From: the human T2T-CHM13v2.0 reference genome, Homo sapiens | Length of the DNA stretch: 64,000 nucleotides | Direction: 5' to 3' (one strand) | Assembly: GCF_009914755.1 (NCBI RefSeq) | Contig: NC_060947.1 | In this document: positions 1 to 14,520 of the stretch, piece by piece | Layout: each line of letters starts with the position of its first letter | Position numbering within the stretch: position 1 is the stretch's first letter | Translations under genes and position numbers: made by a program | Notes under the pieces: model-generated | Told to the model about the DNA's origin: nothing | Databases searched by the model: none | What the model saw: the letters and a program-made list of their open reading frames with translations, nothing else

Positions 1-242
1 TTCTAACCTCTTTTCCAGCTACATGTGTGATTTGGAATGCACATATTTGTTCCTTCTTCCTGGTAATCTTTCAACTCTAAGCTCTGCCAGGTACAGGACT
101 TTCAGATCATGGCTTTATGCTGAGATCCAAGGAACAGATTACAATGGTCAGTCTGAAAATTAGCACATAGGACCTCTCTAAGTGCAGAAAGACCGCTAGA
201 GAGAAACTGAAACTCAACTCATTGCCAGACTCTGATTTTCAA

Positions 243-380
243 GTAATAATAGCAACAATTTATTATTTGCTTACTATATGCCAGGCACTGTTTTAAAGCC
301 ATTATCCTGTTTTTCACAGGTAAGGGAACTGTGGCACATATATGCTAAGTAACCTGTGCAAGATTGCGCAGCTAACAGAT
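243..380 (-). mobile_element. MIR SINE fragment
   Basis: Reverse-complement MIR core and tail: ttactatatgccaggcactg...taagggaactgtggcac...aagtaacctg. Confidence 0.75.
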
Positions 381-639
381 GTGAACTCAATTAACTCTAT
401 GTGGTTTTTCAAATTAATTTATTCATTAACTCACTCCCCTTAACACAATTCAAAATACTTATGTTAAACAAATTATTATAATTTGTTGATTTCAAATCAA
501 GAGCCTTTTAATCACTATCATTTTTTTTTAATCTTCATCATAGCACTTACAGTTGGCTCTGCTCCCTAGGCATGGCCAATGGCCAAGAATCATTCCAAGT
601 CTCTGCTCCTGCTCTTCTCTCAACCCCATCTCTACCTAT

Positions 640-922
640 CAAAATCCTAGACACCTTCAAGGTCCATATCAAACATTCTCTTCTTTCTGAAACTTTCCTA
701 GTCATCTAGCTAGATACAATCTCTTATCCCTCATATTTCTCTGTTGGGAAACTGTTATGGTCTAGCTTTTAGTAGATATTAGGGTAATTATTTTATCCTC
801 ACCTTCTACTCAACCATAAGTTCCCTAGGGGCAGAAATTAAGACACACTCCTCTTTGGATCATCTGCAGGGCCTAACATAGTGTCTTGCAAATAGTGGAT
901 GCAGAATATATGTTTACTGAAT
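640..922 (+). mobile_element. L2 LINE 3' end
   Basis: L2 tail motifs: ccataagttccctaggggcag...cctaacatagtgtcttgcaaatagtggatgcagaatatatgtttactgaa. Confidence 0.65.
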
Positions 923-3329
923 TTTCAGTTGAGAACTCTGTGTACACGTTGCCAAGAAACAAAGAACAGCGAGAGATGGTGAAAAAAAATGTAAAGAGGA
1001 AGAGAGGTTAGAATTGTAAAGAGCTTAAGAAATCAGCCAGAAGGAAATATGTACAAGTACCCTTGCATGGCAAGGGAAGCTAGGAAGAGTGTGGAAGCTA
1101 GGAACCATGTGAAAATCTATTTGATCAGAAAAACTGTTAGTGTTTTACAAAATGAAGCTACTCCTCTCCTATCTTGGAAGACAGAGTCAATAATGTTCAG
1201 TCTTCCAAAATTATATACTTCTCCCAAATTTCTGCTAAAATAATTTGACACTAATCCAGCTGACCATTTACTATACAGCATTAGATATTTAAGCTTTCTG
1301 TATAGATCTGACTCTTCTCTTGCTATTAGTTGAATCTTCTTGACCTTATGTTCTGCCATTTACCACCAATCTAAATTATTTTATTATGTTAACTATCATG
1401 CTGGATTCCCATTGTTCTCTTGACCCTGTGATAGGAATATTACCAGCTATATGCTGTCCTCTTTATGAACTTGTGGTTTTCCTCCTGGCATGTTCTCATG
1501 CCACATGGTTCCTACCCCATTTCCTATAGCTGGGTTCAGCCCAAATTCTCAATCAGTATGGCTTCCATATGCCAGCTCATGAATTAGTGTCAGTCTGTGA
1601 TGGAGTTTACTCCTGCTGGGGATGAAATTTAATTATATTTTTGTAATTTTTCTGTTTGTCTATTTCTCTTAATTTATATTTATCTTTTTTTACAGAGACT
1701 AAATTAGTCTTATAATTCAATATATTCAACTGAAAGGGTTGTTTTTATATTAATACTCTGGCCTTTCTGCTTGTATTTAAATTCACTTTTATGGTATAAC
1801 AGTGATAATTAGTTGTTGGTAGTTGTGTGTGTGTGTATGTGTGTTCTTATGTGTCAAAATAAAATGCTGGCAATCTAATATTAGTTTTCCAGGTATTTAT
1901 CTACATTTATCTATTTAAACACACACAAACACTTTCTTCTCTTTTTTTAACTGACCTGGGAACCTCTGCTCAGAAGGATGCTGATAACCTTAATGAGTGC
2001 ATGCAAGGATTAGAGCAAACCAATTCCAATTAATGGTCTTATTCTGCTGGTGGTGGGCTGCCATTTTCTTCAAGTATAAAAGCCAGTAGGTTTTATTTAG
2101 TTCAGTTGCACAATGGTGTGAATTTCTTCCAAGAGTCTACCTAAGGAAAATCTATGTATTTATTAAGGTAAGAAGTCTATTAAGCCACACCATTTATAAT
2201 CATTCCACATAATGTATAGAGTGTGTAAATAGTGCTCCTGAACAGTCTATAGAGAGATACATTCATATATTTACCCTTGAATCAGACACTCCCGTATTGC
2301 AGCATATTTGTATTTATAGATTTTTTTTCCTTTGGAACTCAGCCTCACAGACACTTCAGTGCAGTCTCTCACCATCCTTTTGCAGCTTCCTGGTGGAGAT
2401 GACATTTGCTCAGCTAGAGAATAGACACTTTCTAGCTGAGTTGCTCATCACACTGATACCCTAAGGCCTGGCTGATTGGCTGTCAGAGGACTCCAGCTGT
2501 TTAGCTGCCGTGATATGTCTTTCATAGGAAAAGACATTTCCTGGAACATCAACAGCTTGTTAAGGACTGGGGAGTGCAGGGGAGAAATTTTAAAATTTTG
2601 GAGGAACTGAGTGTTTTGAACTTGGAGGAGGCATGAAGATGAAACAGAGAAAGGGATGAAGGGGAGACTTTTCCCTCTTCTGTGTTTGAAAGACTCATTT
2701 TCAGAGCTAACCTTACAATTTATGATGAGCAGCCCTCCGCAGCTTAGCAGGTCAAGTGTTGGTAGGAGAAGCAAATCTGTTACCCACCCTAGGGGTGCAC
2801 AGACCATATGAAGATGTAAACTCATCAAAGAAGCTGGAAAACTCCTCATGAAATTGTCAGCAATTTCATTTCAATCTGATTTTCTTTGTGCCTTGATTTC
2901 CCCTTCTGAAAATCAAGGTTGAAGAACACTCTTGGACATGCTTATAAGATCCCAGAGAGCAAAACGTTGACCAAAGATACCTGGATTCTGAAGGTCCCTT
3001 TGGGAAGCCAAGTTGGTAGCCAGAGCACACAGAAGGGAGGACCACAGTGCTAATGAGGCCATGCTTGCCAATTTGAAGCCCATGTGGGCCAATTAGCTCT
3101 GCTTTCTTCCGCTGCCATCAACTGACCCCTGAACTCTGGCCACTCACCTCACAGATCTATGCCACTTGTCACTGGGGTCAGCAAGAGAGTGCGTGGTTGT
3201 CTCAGTGAAAATTTAACAGAGCATGTTTCCAAGTGTCACCTTGATGTGTGAGGGGCAGCACAGGAACTCCTCAGGGTATCAAGTACTGTTTAACGGTCTC
3301 CTGGAGTCCTCCTGCCATCTGTGCTTCCC

Positions 3330-3530
3330 ACTCTGACATATCTTATCACTCTCTATTGTCTTTGTCTGCTTGCCTATTTGTTTTCTCCCACCAAACTGTG
3401 AGCTCTTTGAGAACTTATATTGGCTTAACATAAGTATTGTATCTTACTTAATTCTGTAACCTTGGCAACTCACACAGTATAGACACATAGCAAGAGCTCT
3501 GTAAACCTTACGTGACTGAATGAAGGAATG
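3330..3530 (+). mobile_element. L2 LINE 3' end
   Basis: actgtgagctctttgag...cacatagcaagagctctgtaaac...tgactgaatgaa. Confidence 0.7.
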
Positions 3531-4069
3531 TAAAGGGCCTATCTCCAGCATTCCTCAACAAGGTTTGACAACAGCTCAGTGGGTCAGCAATTCCACCATA
3601 AAAATCTGCAAAAATTTCCTAGAATAAATGCATATAATTCACTCCAAACATTTTAACAGGTAAATGCCTTTGCAAAAATATTACCTATGAGCCAAGGGAC
3701 AGATGTGGATAGCAACAAATCGGTCTGCCAGGGTAATATAAGCACCTAAAGTTTGTAAATCAGTAACCTAACGCTGGCTTATTCAGTGGCATATGCAACA
3801 AAGCAAAGCCCTTTTGAATAAAAAATAAAATCATCATCTGAGTTTACAATGGAGAGTCGCTCCTTTGGATTGGAGGTTCCTAGAAGGTGAAGATGGTGCT
3901 TCATCAAAAGGCCATACACATCAAATGCACTAGGGAAGAAATAGGAGCACTTTGAGTTCTGATTTCAGCAATAAGTGAGCCGTACTCTCTCATCTAGCCT
4001 CCCTGTGTCTCTGAGGCCTAAAACATACTACCCTCTACTCATGACCGTCCATGCTTGTCAGGATTACTT

Positions 4070-4380
4070 TATTAGTTGTTTAATGCTCAATTCAGATGTC
4101 ACTGCCTCTAGGATGTCTTCACTGACCACCATCCCCAAGGTGGATTCTGTGCCTTTACTATATACTTCCATGGAGACCATGATTTCTTCTTTTATTGGAA
4201 CTTTATGTTTTATTGTAATTTTCCCTTTACCTATTTATCTTCTCTGATAGACTGTGAGTTTGTTGACAATAAAAATTCTATGTCAGTAGGTCTGGGGTAG
4301 AGTAATTGTTATGACCAAGGAAGATTGGGATATACTGTTCTAATTCATTGTGTTCACAGTCCTGGATGCATAATTAAATA
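4070..4380 (+). mobile_element. L2 fragment (with short MER5-like piece)
   Basis: ctcaattcagatgtcactgcctctaggatgtcttcactgacc...agactgtgagtttgttga. Confidence 0.55.
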
Positions 4381-4499
4381 TAAAACACTGCCACTAGCCA
4401 ACCCAATCAGAAACATAGTTTCGATTCCAAAATTAACCCTTTGCTCCCAAATATCAGTTGGAGAAAGGCTAAGGAGTGAGGAATACCCAGTGAGGTAGC

Positions 4500-4608
4500 T
4501 ACTATTCTATGACCATTTTATGGAGAGATAAGCTGAAGGTTTGACAGTTTATGTGATTTTCCTAGTTACTTACTATAAGTGCCAGAGCCAAAATTCAAAG
4601 CCAGATCT
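4500..4608 (-). mobile_element. MIR fragment
   Basis: ccatttttatggagagataagctgaagg...agagccaaaattcaaagccagatctg. Confidence 0.6.
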
Positions 4609-4634
4609 GTTTTTTTTTTTGTTTTTTTTTTTCA

Positions 4635-5590
4635 GAATTGTATTTTGAAAACGTTTAAAATACAGGAAAGTTTAAAGGGGTTGAAAATCATATACCTACC
4701 ACCTAAATTCTGCCATTAATATTTTACTCTGTTTTATCATGTATACATCATCTACTTGTCTGTCTACTCATTGATCAATTTATCTTAATTTTGATGCACT
4801 TCAAAGTAATTGCAGATATCAATATACTTCAACTATATACTATATGATTATAGCATGCGTATCATCAACTAGGATTTAATATTTGTTTGCAGTGTTTTCT
4901 TTTGATGTAAAACTTACGATGAAATGCACAAATCTTACATGTATGTTTGCTGGACTTTGATAAATGCATACACCTCAGCTACCCAAACCCCTATAAAGAT
5001 TTAGAACATTATAATTCCCCTAAAAAGTTCTCTCATGTCCTTTTCAGTCAATGCCACCACCATATCCAGAGGCAACCACTGTTCTGAAATTCTTCCATCA
5101 TAGTTTAGTTTATTCTGCTCTAGAGGGTATATAAATGGAATCACAAGGTATGTACTCTTTTGTGTAAGCATTTACCAATGTGGTTTTATAAATCAGTATT
5201 GTGTCCCATTCCATTATTGAATTGTGCTCCATTATATGGAGATACCCCAGTTTGTTTACTTATTCTCCTATTGATAGATAACATTTCTACTTTCTGTCTA
5301 TTATGAGCACTGCTGCTGTGAAAATTCCTGTACAAGTCTTTGTGTGGATATATACTTTCATGTCTCTTGAGTACATACCTAAGAATGGAATTGCTAGGTC
5401 ATGGGGTGTGTATGCTTAGTTTTATAAGAAATTGCTATACATTTTTCCAAAAGTGGTTGTACCATTTTAACACACCTATCAGCAAAGTTTGATAGTTCCA
5501 ATTCCTCCACATTCTCATCAACACCTGGTTTTCTTGATCTTTTACATTGTAGTCACAGTGATGGGTATGTGATAGCATCTCATTGTCTAA
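4635..5590 (-). mobile_element. Old L1M (L1MB/MC/MD-type) 3' region
   Basis: Antisense L1 3' UTR/ORF2 motifs: ggcaaccactgttctga, ataaatggaatcacaaggtatgtactctt, tacctaagaatggaattgctaggtcat, gttccaattcctccacattctcatcaacacctgg. Confidence 0.85.
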
Positions 5591-5774
5591 CTCAGACTTT
5601 TTGAATTTCAAAATTAATGGCTTTTTTATCCTGATCACATTACAAATGTATGTAGGTATATAAAAATAACAAGAAACTCATAGTACAAGTCACGACATGA
5701 GAAGTGCAATATAAATGAAGTGCCAAAACATCATAGAGAGATAGAACTTCCAGCTGAGATACACAATATGATGT

Positions 5775-6540
<766 letters not shown>

Positions 6541-7361
6541 GGACCTAGAAAAAAACTGAATTTGTGGCATTTCATTTGGTTGAATAAACATTTTTCAGTG
6601 CCTACTGAAAGGATTGTAGGAGGGAGAAACTAAAGATGGTGGAGAGAAGTAGGAAAAATAATGAGTTATCTGCTGCCATTAATAAATAACTAAGACTGTG
6701 GAAAGTAATTGAAAGACAGAAAATTTATCGAGGAGATAGAATTAAGAGGCTTGGTGACTTAAGGTGGCAGTAGGAAGGGTGCTAATCTCTTTTCTGCTTG
6801 GAATAGCATATATACATCTTCCAGTAGCAACAAAAATAAATGAATATTGGCAGCAGTACCCATACAGAATCAGGCCTTCCTTTTGAAGAATTGGGACTTT
6901 TTCCATTGCCTTTGCTAGAGCATCGCCCTCCACCCTCTAGTCCAGAGTGGTTGCGCCTATTTGAACCTGTGTTTCTATACAGTGTAAGAGGAATCTCAAC
7001 CATTTGGGCCATGGCATCCAAGGGTATGAAGAATGCTCACCAGAATTTTTGCACATGGCTGAGAAGGTGGTTCTTTCCAAGAAAAAAAAGAAAGAAAGAA
7101 AATACCAAAGAACAATACCACCACCACCATCTAAATTTCTTTTACTGGCTTGTCAAATGCCTGAAAGTTTCACCATTCAATGGGAGAGTTCAGAGTCAAA
7201 GATTCAATATTTAGGCTCTTCTGGAATCATGTACATTGAAATTAATTGAGAACTCTTGCTTGAGAGAAACAACAGATTCACATGGATTCATGTGTCTCAT
7301 GCCTCAATTACCCTTCATTCATTGAGCATAATGGGAAACTCAAAAGAAGAGGTCTCATGAC

Positions 7362-7445
7362 ATAGTTAACTGAGGATAGGTGATAGGGATAGTAAGAAGA
7401 TCTACAGTTAACTGAAGATGGGTGGTGGAGATATTAAGAAGATCT
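7362..7445. repeat. Diverged 42-bp tandem duplication (2 copies)
   Basis: atagttaactgaggataggtgatagggatagtaagaagatct vs acagttaactgaagatgggtggtggagatattaagaagatct; 35/42 identical. Confidence 0.9.
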
Positions 7446-9639
7446 GCAACAGAAAATAGGCCCAGGCAGAGCTCCAACTGACGGGCGTGTGTGAGCCTAA
7501 GTCAGTTGTTTAAGGGTGTGAATGAATGGGAGAATGAGCCATCAAAAGGCAATAGCAGCAGGATACCTGCTTCAAATATTTTCCTGTCATCAAATTGCTG
7601 GACTGTGGAAAGTTCAAAAGGTTAAGAATCACTGGCTTTATTAAATTGTATCTGCAATAAACCAAAGCTCTGAAACTTAAAAATGTCAGTATCACAACGG
7701 AGGTTCCCAGCCTGGGACACCTCACCATCCTCTGCATACAATCTCAAAGATGTCCTCTTTCAGGGCCTTCCACTCTCTCTCAAAATACAGTACTGACTGA
7801 GTCATCACAGTGGGCCCCCATTTAGCACCTGCTGCATATATGTCACTTTACTCAGTGAATTCCTGCTACTTGGTTAAAGACACTGCTGCTTTTCAAAGCA
7901 GTGAGTAGGGTGGGGGAAGGTGGATCTCAACTCACCAAGTGTCAAAGTAATGAATGGGGGAAGTGAAGCGAAGTGAAGCCAATGATCATCAGCAGCAGGA
8001 GCTACAAAGAAGGCTTCAACCAACCTTCACGCCTCTCACTTTAACTAAAGGTTTGGTAAAGAAAAGGGCCTTGTGAGGCATAGGACAAAAGATAGTGCCT
8101 GGGTAGAGTGGGCACTGGATCAATGAACGTTGAATGAAAAAGTCAGAAAAGTAGCATGAGGCCAGGTAGAGGTGCCCAGTGCCCAGAGGTAGATATTTGC
8201 TTTTTTAAGAAAAAAATCCTGCCTCCCTCTACATATCGTGACATCCATTTTTTTCTTCTAAAATGCATAAAGCCATCTATCTTTTGTGCCTTTATAGATA
8301 CAAGATGCATCCCTTTGCATGGGATCTGGGTGTGTGGGTGTACATGTAAATGACTGTAGCATAATTGTAATCCATGGAATGAGCCTGGTTCACATGAGGG
8401 AACCACTAATTTGAACTCTACACACACGGAATTGGTGATGACTTAACCAGTGGGTGTTGTAAACAAGATAATAAGGGAGATGCTTCATCTATTCAAGGAA
8501 ATATTCAAGTAACCACTTATGTCAAACACAAGAATAATTCTTATTAATATTTTTAAGTGACTCCTCTAGAGACCTATATCCGAGGCAATACAACATTAAA
8601 ATGCTTCATTAATTCAGACTGGTCTCTGCTCACCATCTCAATCAGTTATTCCAAATCATCAGTGTTATATCACAGTTTAAGAAATATGGAAAATGATTTG
8701 GCTGTGAAGGTATAGCTAATGTTAAATGCTCCCTGAAAAGCTTGGGGTTTGAACTGAGACACTGAAAGCCCTAAGAGGCCTGCTCGAAATATGGAGGGTT
8801 CTCTGAATTCAGTCAAGGATATTCTTATGAATTTGAAAAAGGCAGAATCTTTGTCCACTTCAGTTACACTCTATCACTCTACAGTTTCCACTTGTTAAAT
8901 ACCACTAGAGTATGTAGAGTATGCTCTACCTTGGGGAAAAAAAATTCTTTTAGGTCTCTAGAGATGTGAAAGAATGAACTAAGTATCTTTTAAAGTGAAG
9001 TGTTTACACTCTATACTGTTTATCTTCCCATTGACAGACAAAGAAGCCTTTGCTGAGAGCTTGCTCAAAAGTCTTTAAAACACATTTCTAGGGGAGAAGA
9101 ACGAGAGAGGCAGATTGAGTTTGAGCTCAAAGAAGATCTGGGAGTGAAAACCCAGATATGAAAGCTGGAAATTGCAGCTCCTACTTGCTAAGGTACACCT
9201 AGGTTGAGATTAGCAGAACCGCGCAGTGGGGAGGGTCTCCAGTTTAATAAAGGTAATCCAACTAATTCGATTTCAGATAAGATTGGAAATAATGAAATAT
9301 TTGGGAAGAAAGACAGAACAGAGTTCATCTCTAAAGAACCAACAATAGCTTTGGCTCGCAAAACAAACTATCAGATGAGCAGTCCCAGCAATACTGGTAT
9401 AATTAGCAAATAAAAGAATAAAAATTAGTAGACTATTTTTCTCCTTACCCTGGAGTATGGGGAGAGAAACTGGTAACACTGACAGGTCCAATCTGAACTC
9501 AAAGGAAGAGAGAACAAGCTAAAAGGACAGTCTCTGACTTTGCATTTACTTTCCAACCCCGCCTGCTTTTAGTGCCTTAGAGAACAGAGGAGACATACAC
9601 AGCAGGGCAAATGCTTTAGTTTTTTAATAATGAAACAGC

Positions 9640-9760
9640 ATAATCTAATAGGCAAAGTTGTGCACTGAAAGTCAGGAGAGCTATCCTCTAGTCCAGCTCT
9701 GTCCTTTCCTGGTTGTGTGACCTTAGGCATGTCATTAAACCTCTCATGCCTCCAGTTAAT
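9640..9760 (+). mobile_element. MIR fragment
   Basis: ctagtccagctctgtc...tgtgtgaccttaggcatgtcattaaacctctc. Confidence 0.7.
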
Positions 9761-10397
9761 TGGTGTACACATTGTGAGCCTGGGTTTGTGTAATTTTATA
9801 TACAATGCACTTGTGTAAAATTATCTCTGAAGTCCCTAAATATTATTTTAAAATTATATAGTATCACAAAAGCTTTAATAGTCTATAATTCAATGATTTC
9901 ATCTACCCAAGAAAAAATTGTAGCCCCTAGAGATTTAGCTAAGGAGAGTATGTACATGCGTGTGCATGCACAGAAGAGAGGAGGAGAAAGGCAGAGGGAA
10001 ATGATTCATTATGAGTGCACAATAAAACCAACAAGAAGAAAATAGATGGTTTAAAAATAAATTGATGTCTAGTTATTTTGACTTACTCTAAACAAGCCTG
10101 CAACAGGGATGGGTTGCAGCCTGAAAAGTCTGTTTTGAAAGCTCCCTCAGATTTTTAACCACAAATCCTGTCTCAAAGTCATGCAAAGGAAAATCTCTTG
10201 TGAGTCTTTAAATCTCCATCAGCTGATACATGAAAATGAGGGTAGGACCAGCTACACGCTGGGGAATAAACCAACATGACCCTACTTTTATGCCATACAA
10301 ATGCCTTGTAATTGTTCTTGGAGTGCAACAGACAGCTTACTTTGTTATTAGCAAGCTGAGTATTATTTTTACAAGATAAACAACAAATCCAGACTCA

Positions 10398-10909
10398 GGA
10401 CGGGCTGGCAAACATTTTGCACAAAAAGCCAGATAGTAAAGATTTTAGGCTTTGCAGGTCACATACTGCGTCTGTCACATATTCTTCTTTTGTTTGTTTA
10501 TTTTTTTTGATTTTTTTTTACAATCCTCTAAAATTGCGAGTACAGGCTGGGCGCGGTGGCTCATTCCTGTAATCCCAGCACCTTGGGAGTCCTAGGCGGA
10601 AGGATTGCTTGAGCCCAGGAGTTCAAGACCAGCCTGAGCAACATAGAGAGACCCTGTCTCTACAAAAAAAATTTAAAAATTAGCCAGGCATGGTGGCACA
10701 CACCTACAGTCCCAGCTACTCAGAAGGCTGAGGTGGGAGGGTCACTTGAGCCCAGGAGGTTGATGCTGCAGTGAGCCAAAATCATGCCATTGCACTCCAG
10801 CCTGTGCCACAGAGGGAGACCCCATTTCAAAGCAAAAAAAAAAAATCTTGAGTACAAAAACAGGCCGTAGGGTGGATTCGACCTGCTGGCAGTAGTTTGG
10901 CTACTCCTG
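10398..10909. mobile_element. MER58B-like hAT-Charlie element split by an Alu
   Basis: ggctggcaaacatttt...ccagatagtaaagattttaggctttgcagg at the left; caggccgtagggtggattcgacc...tagtttggctactcctg at the right. Confidence 0.8.
10545..10845 (+). mobile_element. AluJ, full length
   Basis: ggctgggcgcggtggctc...ggattgcttgagcccaggagttcaagaccagcc...poly-A; flanked by a diverged TSD ending gagtaca. Confidence 0.95.
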
Positions 10910-11029
10910 CACCAAATTAAGCAAGCAAGTAACAGTGGTAGTGTGGGCTCAAATCTACCAGGTCAAATAGTCAAAGTCAAATAGACTTAGACGAAGTAAA
11001 TCTATTAAGCTATGTTCCAAAAGAGCTGT

Positions 11030-11180
11030 GGCAGAATGTATAGGCAAGGAAGTACACTGGGGCCCTTGGAGAATAGCCACAGCATTTCTTCAAGGTATTA
11101 CTATTGACATTATTTATAGCTAGGATTTGAACCCTGGCAGACCAACTCCAAAGCCAATGTTGTCACCCACTGTGCATATT
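11030..11180 (-). mobile_element. MIR fragment
   Basis: agctaggatttgaaccctggcagaccaactccaaagcc...cccactgtgc. Confidence 0.5.
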
Positions 11181-11504
11181 CTGAAATAGCACTTTGTGAG
11201 TGGCTTTGTAGAGGCATCTCACATTTTAGATAAACAGGGTGTTCCTTGCTCTTTCTGTAAATCAACTCCTATTTTCTCAGTGATTTACATGAAAATTTCA
11301 GATGGACTGTCAATATATACTTTTTCCTAACAAATTAGTCTTAAGCTTCACTGCCTCCTCCCCCTTCCCCCAATCTTCCTTGCCAAAGTACTAAATGTTG
11401 TATAAACAAATACTTAAAAATACAAACGACAATTCTGATATATATAGGATTCCTTTAGGAATCATTTTATAAGCTAAAGAGTCCTTTCAAAATATGAGTG
11501 ATTC

Positions 11505-12940
11505 CTCAATGGAACAGCCTAGAAAGTCCAGAACTAAACCCAAACACACACAGGAGCTTAGTATATGCTAAAGGTGGTGTTTACATTTATGGGGAAGAGA
11601 TAGTTGATTAAATAGTATTGAGACAATTGGGCAGAAACCTAGAAGAGTAAAGTTGAATCCACAACTCACATCTGACCCAAAACAAATTCCAGATGGGTCA
11701 GTGTTTTAGCATAAAAAATAAAACTATGAAAAAGAGTAGAAGAAAGGTCATTTAAAAATAATCTTGGAATGGAGAGAAGTTTTTTCTAAGTATGACACAA
11801 AATCCATAAGCCAAAAAAGAAAATAAATATTTTTTCAGGGCAAAAATTCCGTGATGTTAAAAAAAATTCACAGACAGAAACATTTGCAATTTATATTACA
11901 GAAAAGGAATTAACTTTCTTAATATAAAAAGATCTCCTGTAAATCAATTTTAGAAGATCAACAGGCAAATTGCAAACGGTCAAGGATAATAAACAGATTA
12001 TTTGTAGGAAATGAAATACTAAATTAAATGTAGTATAGTTGCTCAACTTCATCCATAATAAGAAAAATGTAAATTAAAAACTTCATTGAGATGATTTTCC
12101 ACCTGTCAGATTGGTGATGATTAAAAGAAAGTTTCCTAACACCTTGCGCTGGTAAGGCTGTGCGGTAACAGTCACTCTTATGAGTTGTTGAGGGGAATGT
12201 AAATTGGCACAACCTGTATGGACAGCAAGTTTGCCATACCTACCAAAATTTGAAATGCACTTACCTTTGGACCTAGCAATTCCACTTTTAGGAATTTATT
12301 CTATGGAAGTGTTCATGCATAATAAATGACAAATATATAAAGGTATTAATTGGAGTATTTACTGAAAAAAAATTCAAATGTTTATCAATAGGAAACATTT
12401 TTATAAATTATGGTAGATCCAAATCGACATCTGTATGTTACTGGTAGAAAATCCTTTCCAAAATATATACTTAAGTGGAAAAGCAAGGAATATAACAATG
12501 TTTATAGTATATAGTATGCTACCATTTGTCTAAAAGCTGGGACAAAATAATATATATCTGCATGTGAAAGGCAGCAGAGCATAATGGTTAAGAGCATGGA
12601 TTCTGAAGCAACCAGCCTGGATCTGAATCTTGGCTCTACCATGTAATAACTGGATTTCTTCGTGCCTCAGTCTCCTCATCTGTAAAGTGGAATTAATAAC
12701 AGTACCTACCTCACTGAGCTGTTTTGAGGATTAAATGAGTCAATATTCTCAAAGTCTTAGAATAGTACCTCAGACACATAGTAAGTACTATTTAAGCATT
12801 TGTTAAATAAATAAATAGCAGAGAATATGCCTGGGAGGTTACATATAAAAAGTTGCATCTAGCTAAAGGGCAAAAATAAAAGGAGATTTATACCTGTTGA
12901 ATATTCTACCAAATGCTTATATAATACCTATTTTTTTTAA
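11505..12940 (+). mobile_element. Old L1M (L1MC/ME) ORF2 end and 3' UTR, interrupted by a MIR
   Basis: caatggaacagcctagaaagtccagaa, aaattccagatgg, gggaatgtaaattggcacaacc, gacctagcaattccacttttaggaatttattc. Confidence 0.85.
12570..12817 (+). mobile_element. MIR, near full length
   Basis: gcataatggttaagagcatggattctgaagc...cctcagtctcctcatctgtaaagtgg...gaggattaaatgagtcaata...cacatagtaagtact. Confidence 0.9.
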
Positions 12941-13535
12941 GTACATGATATTTAAAGTGTAAGTGAGTTCTATTCCCTAGCACCCTCAACTTACCTGGAC
13001 TCATCTCCTCTCTACCCATCCTTTGTTTTGGCCCATCATCTTCACTTTCCATGCCTTCCACTATTGCTTCTTATTAAGTTTACTATCCCGTTCCTTTCTT
13101 TACCCCAGTCCCTTTACTTGTCTCTAACTTTCTACACTGTTTCATGACTTCACAGCCTTCACAGCCTTCTTTCTGCTGCTCACTCCCTAATCCACCTTTC
13201 ACGGATGCCAACACCACATTCTCAAAGTTTCAAATCTAGATATCCCGTTGCCTCAAACTCAGCACATCAAAGTGAGCATGTCATCCCCCTCTCATCTCAA
13301 CCTCTCTATTTTTATCTCCCAAGCTAGAAACTTGACACTTAACTTTGACTCTTCTATCTATTTCATACCCTACACCCACCAAATCCATCAATGTATCCTT
13401 TCACATGTCTCTTCTTGACTATTTGCTATTAACAGGTATATTGGCTTAGACCAGCACTTCTCAAACATTAATGGGCATAATGTGCATACGTATCAGCTGA
13501 AGAGCTTGTTAAATACAGATTCTGAATCAGTAGGT

Positions 13536-14105
13536 ATGGTAGCCGGCCTACAAAATAGCCTTCAGTGACCTCATGTCCTGGTATCTCTTCCTGTGTAGTC
13601 CTCTCCCAAATTGTATCAGGGTTGGCCTGCATGATCAAGAACATAAGGTCAGAAAGTGATAGTAGACTATCTGTGAGATTAGATTATAGAAGACAATGTT
13701 GCTTTTGTCTTGGTTTCCCTCTGTCTCTTTCTCTCTCTCTCTTGGATTACTCACTCTGGGTGAAGACAGTTACCATGTTGAGAATTCACTCAGGCAGGCT
13801 ATGGAGAGGCCAACATAGTAACAACCTGAAGCCTCCAGTCAACAACTAGTGAAAACTGAAGCCTCTTGCCAATGGCCACATGAGCAAGTTTGGAAGTAGG
13901 TCCTTCAGCCCCCAGTCAAGTGTTCAGATGACTACAGCTCTAACCAAAATCTTGAGTACAACCTCATGAGAGAACTGTCTCTGAGCCAGAACCACCCAGC
14001 TAAATTATCCCTGGTTCCTGACCACAGAAACTATGAGATATACATGTCTGTGGTTTTAAACTATCAAGTTTTAAGGTGGTTTGTTAAGCAGCAGCAGATA
14101 ACTTA
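13536..14105 (+). mobile_element. MLT1F-type MaLR LTR
   Basis: Starts tatggtagccggcctacaaaatagccttcagtgacctcatgtcctggtat; ends gttttaaggtggtttgttaagcagcagcagataact. Confidence 0.85.
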
Positions 14106-14108
14106 GAC

Positions 14109-14520
14109 CAGTGGTCCCCAACCTTTTTGACACCAGGGACCAGTTTCGTGGAAGACAATTTTTCCATGGACTGGGGGGAAGGCGGGCTGGTTTCAGGATG
14201 ATTCAAGTGCATTACATTTATTGTGCACTTTATTTCTATTATCATTACATTGTAATATATAATGTATATACATGTATATATTATTATATGTAATATATAC
14301 AGTGACAGAACATCAGGCATTAGATTCTCATAAGGAGTATGCAACCTAGATCCCTCGCATGTGCAGTTCACAATAGGGATCATGCTCTATGAGAATCTAA
14401 TGCCACTGCTGATCTGACAGGAGGCGGAGCTTGGGTGGTGATGCTGAATTGCCTGCTGCTCACTTCCTGCTGTGTGCAAGTTTCTAACAGGTCACGGATC
14501 AGTACTGGTCTGTGGCCCAG
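14109..14520 (-). mobile_element. MER1A hAT-Charlie element (internally deleted, one TIR lost)
   Basis: cagtggtccccaacctttttgacaccagggaccagtttcgtggaagacaatttttcc; gatgattcaagtgcattacatttattgtgcac; ggcattagattctcataagga. Confidence 0.9.

Noticed and set aside
1117-1380. Minus-strand ORF MAEHKVKK... preceded by LDWW*, superficially like a hAT dimerisation domain or HAL1
   Set aside because: The expected downstream S..ER.FS motif is absent, so I cannot support a family call
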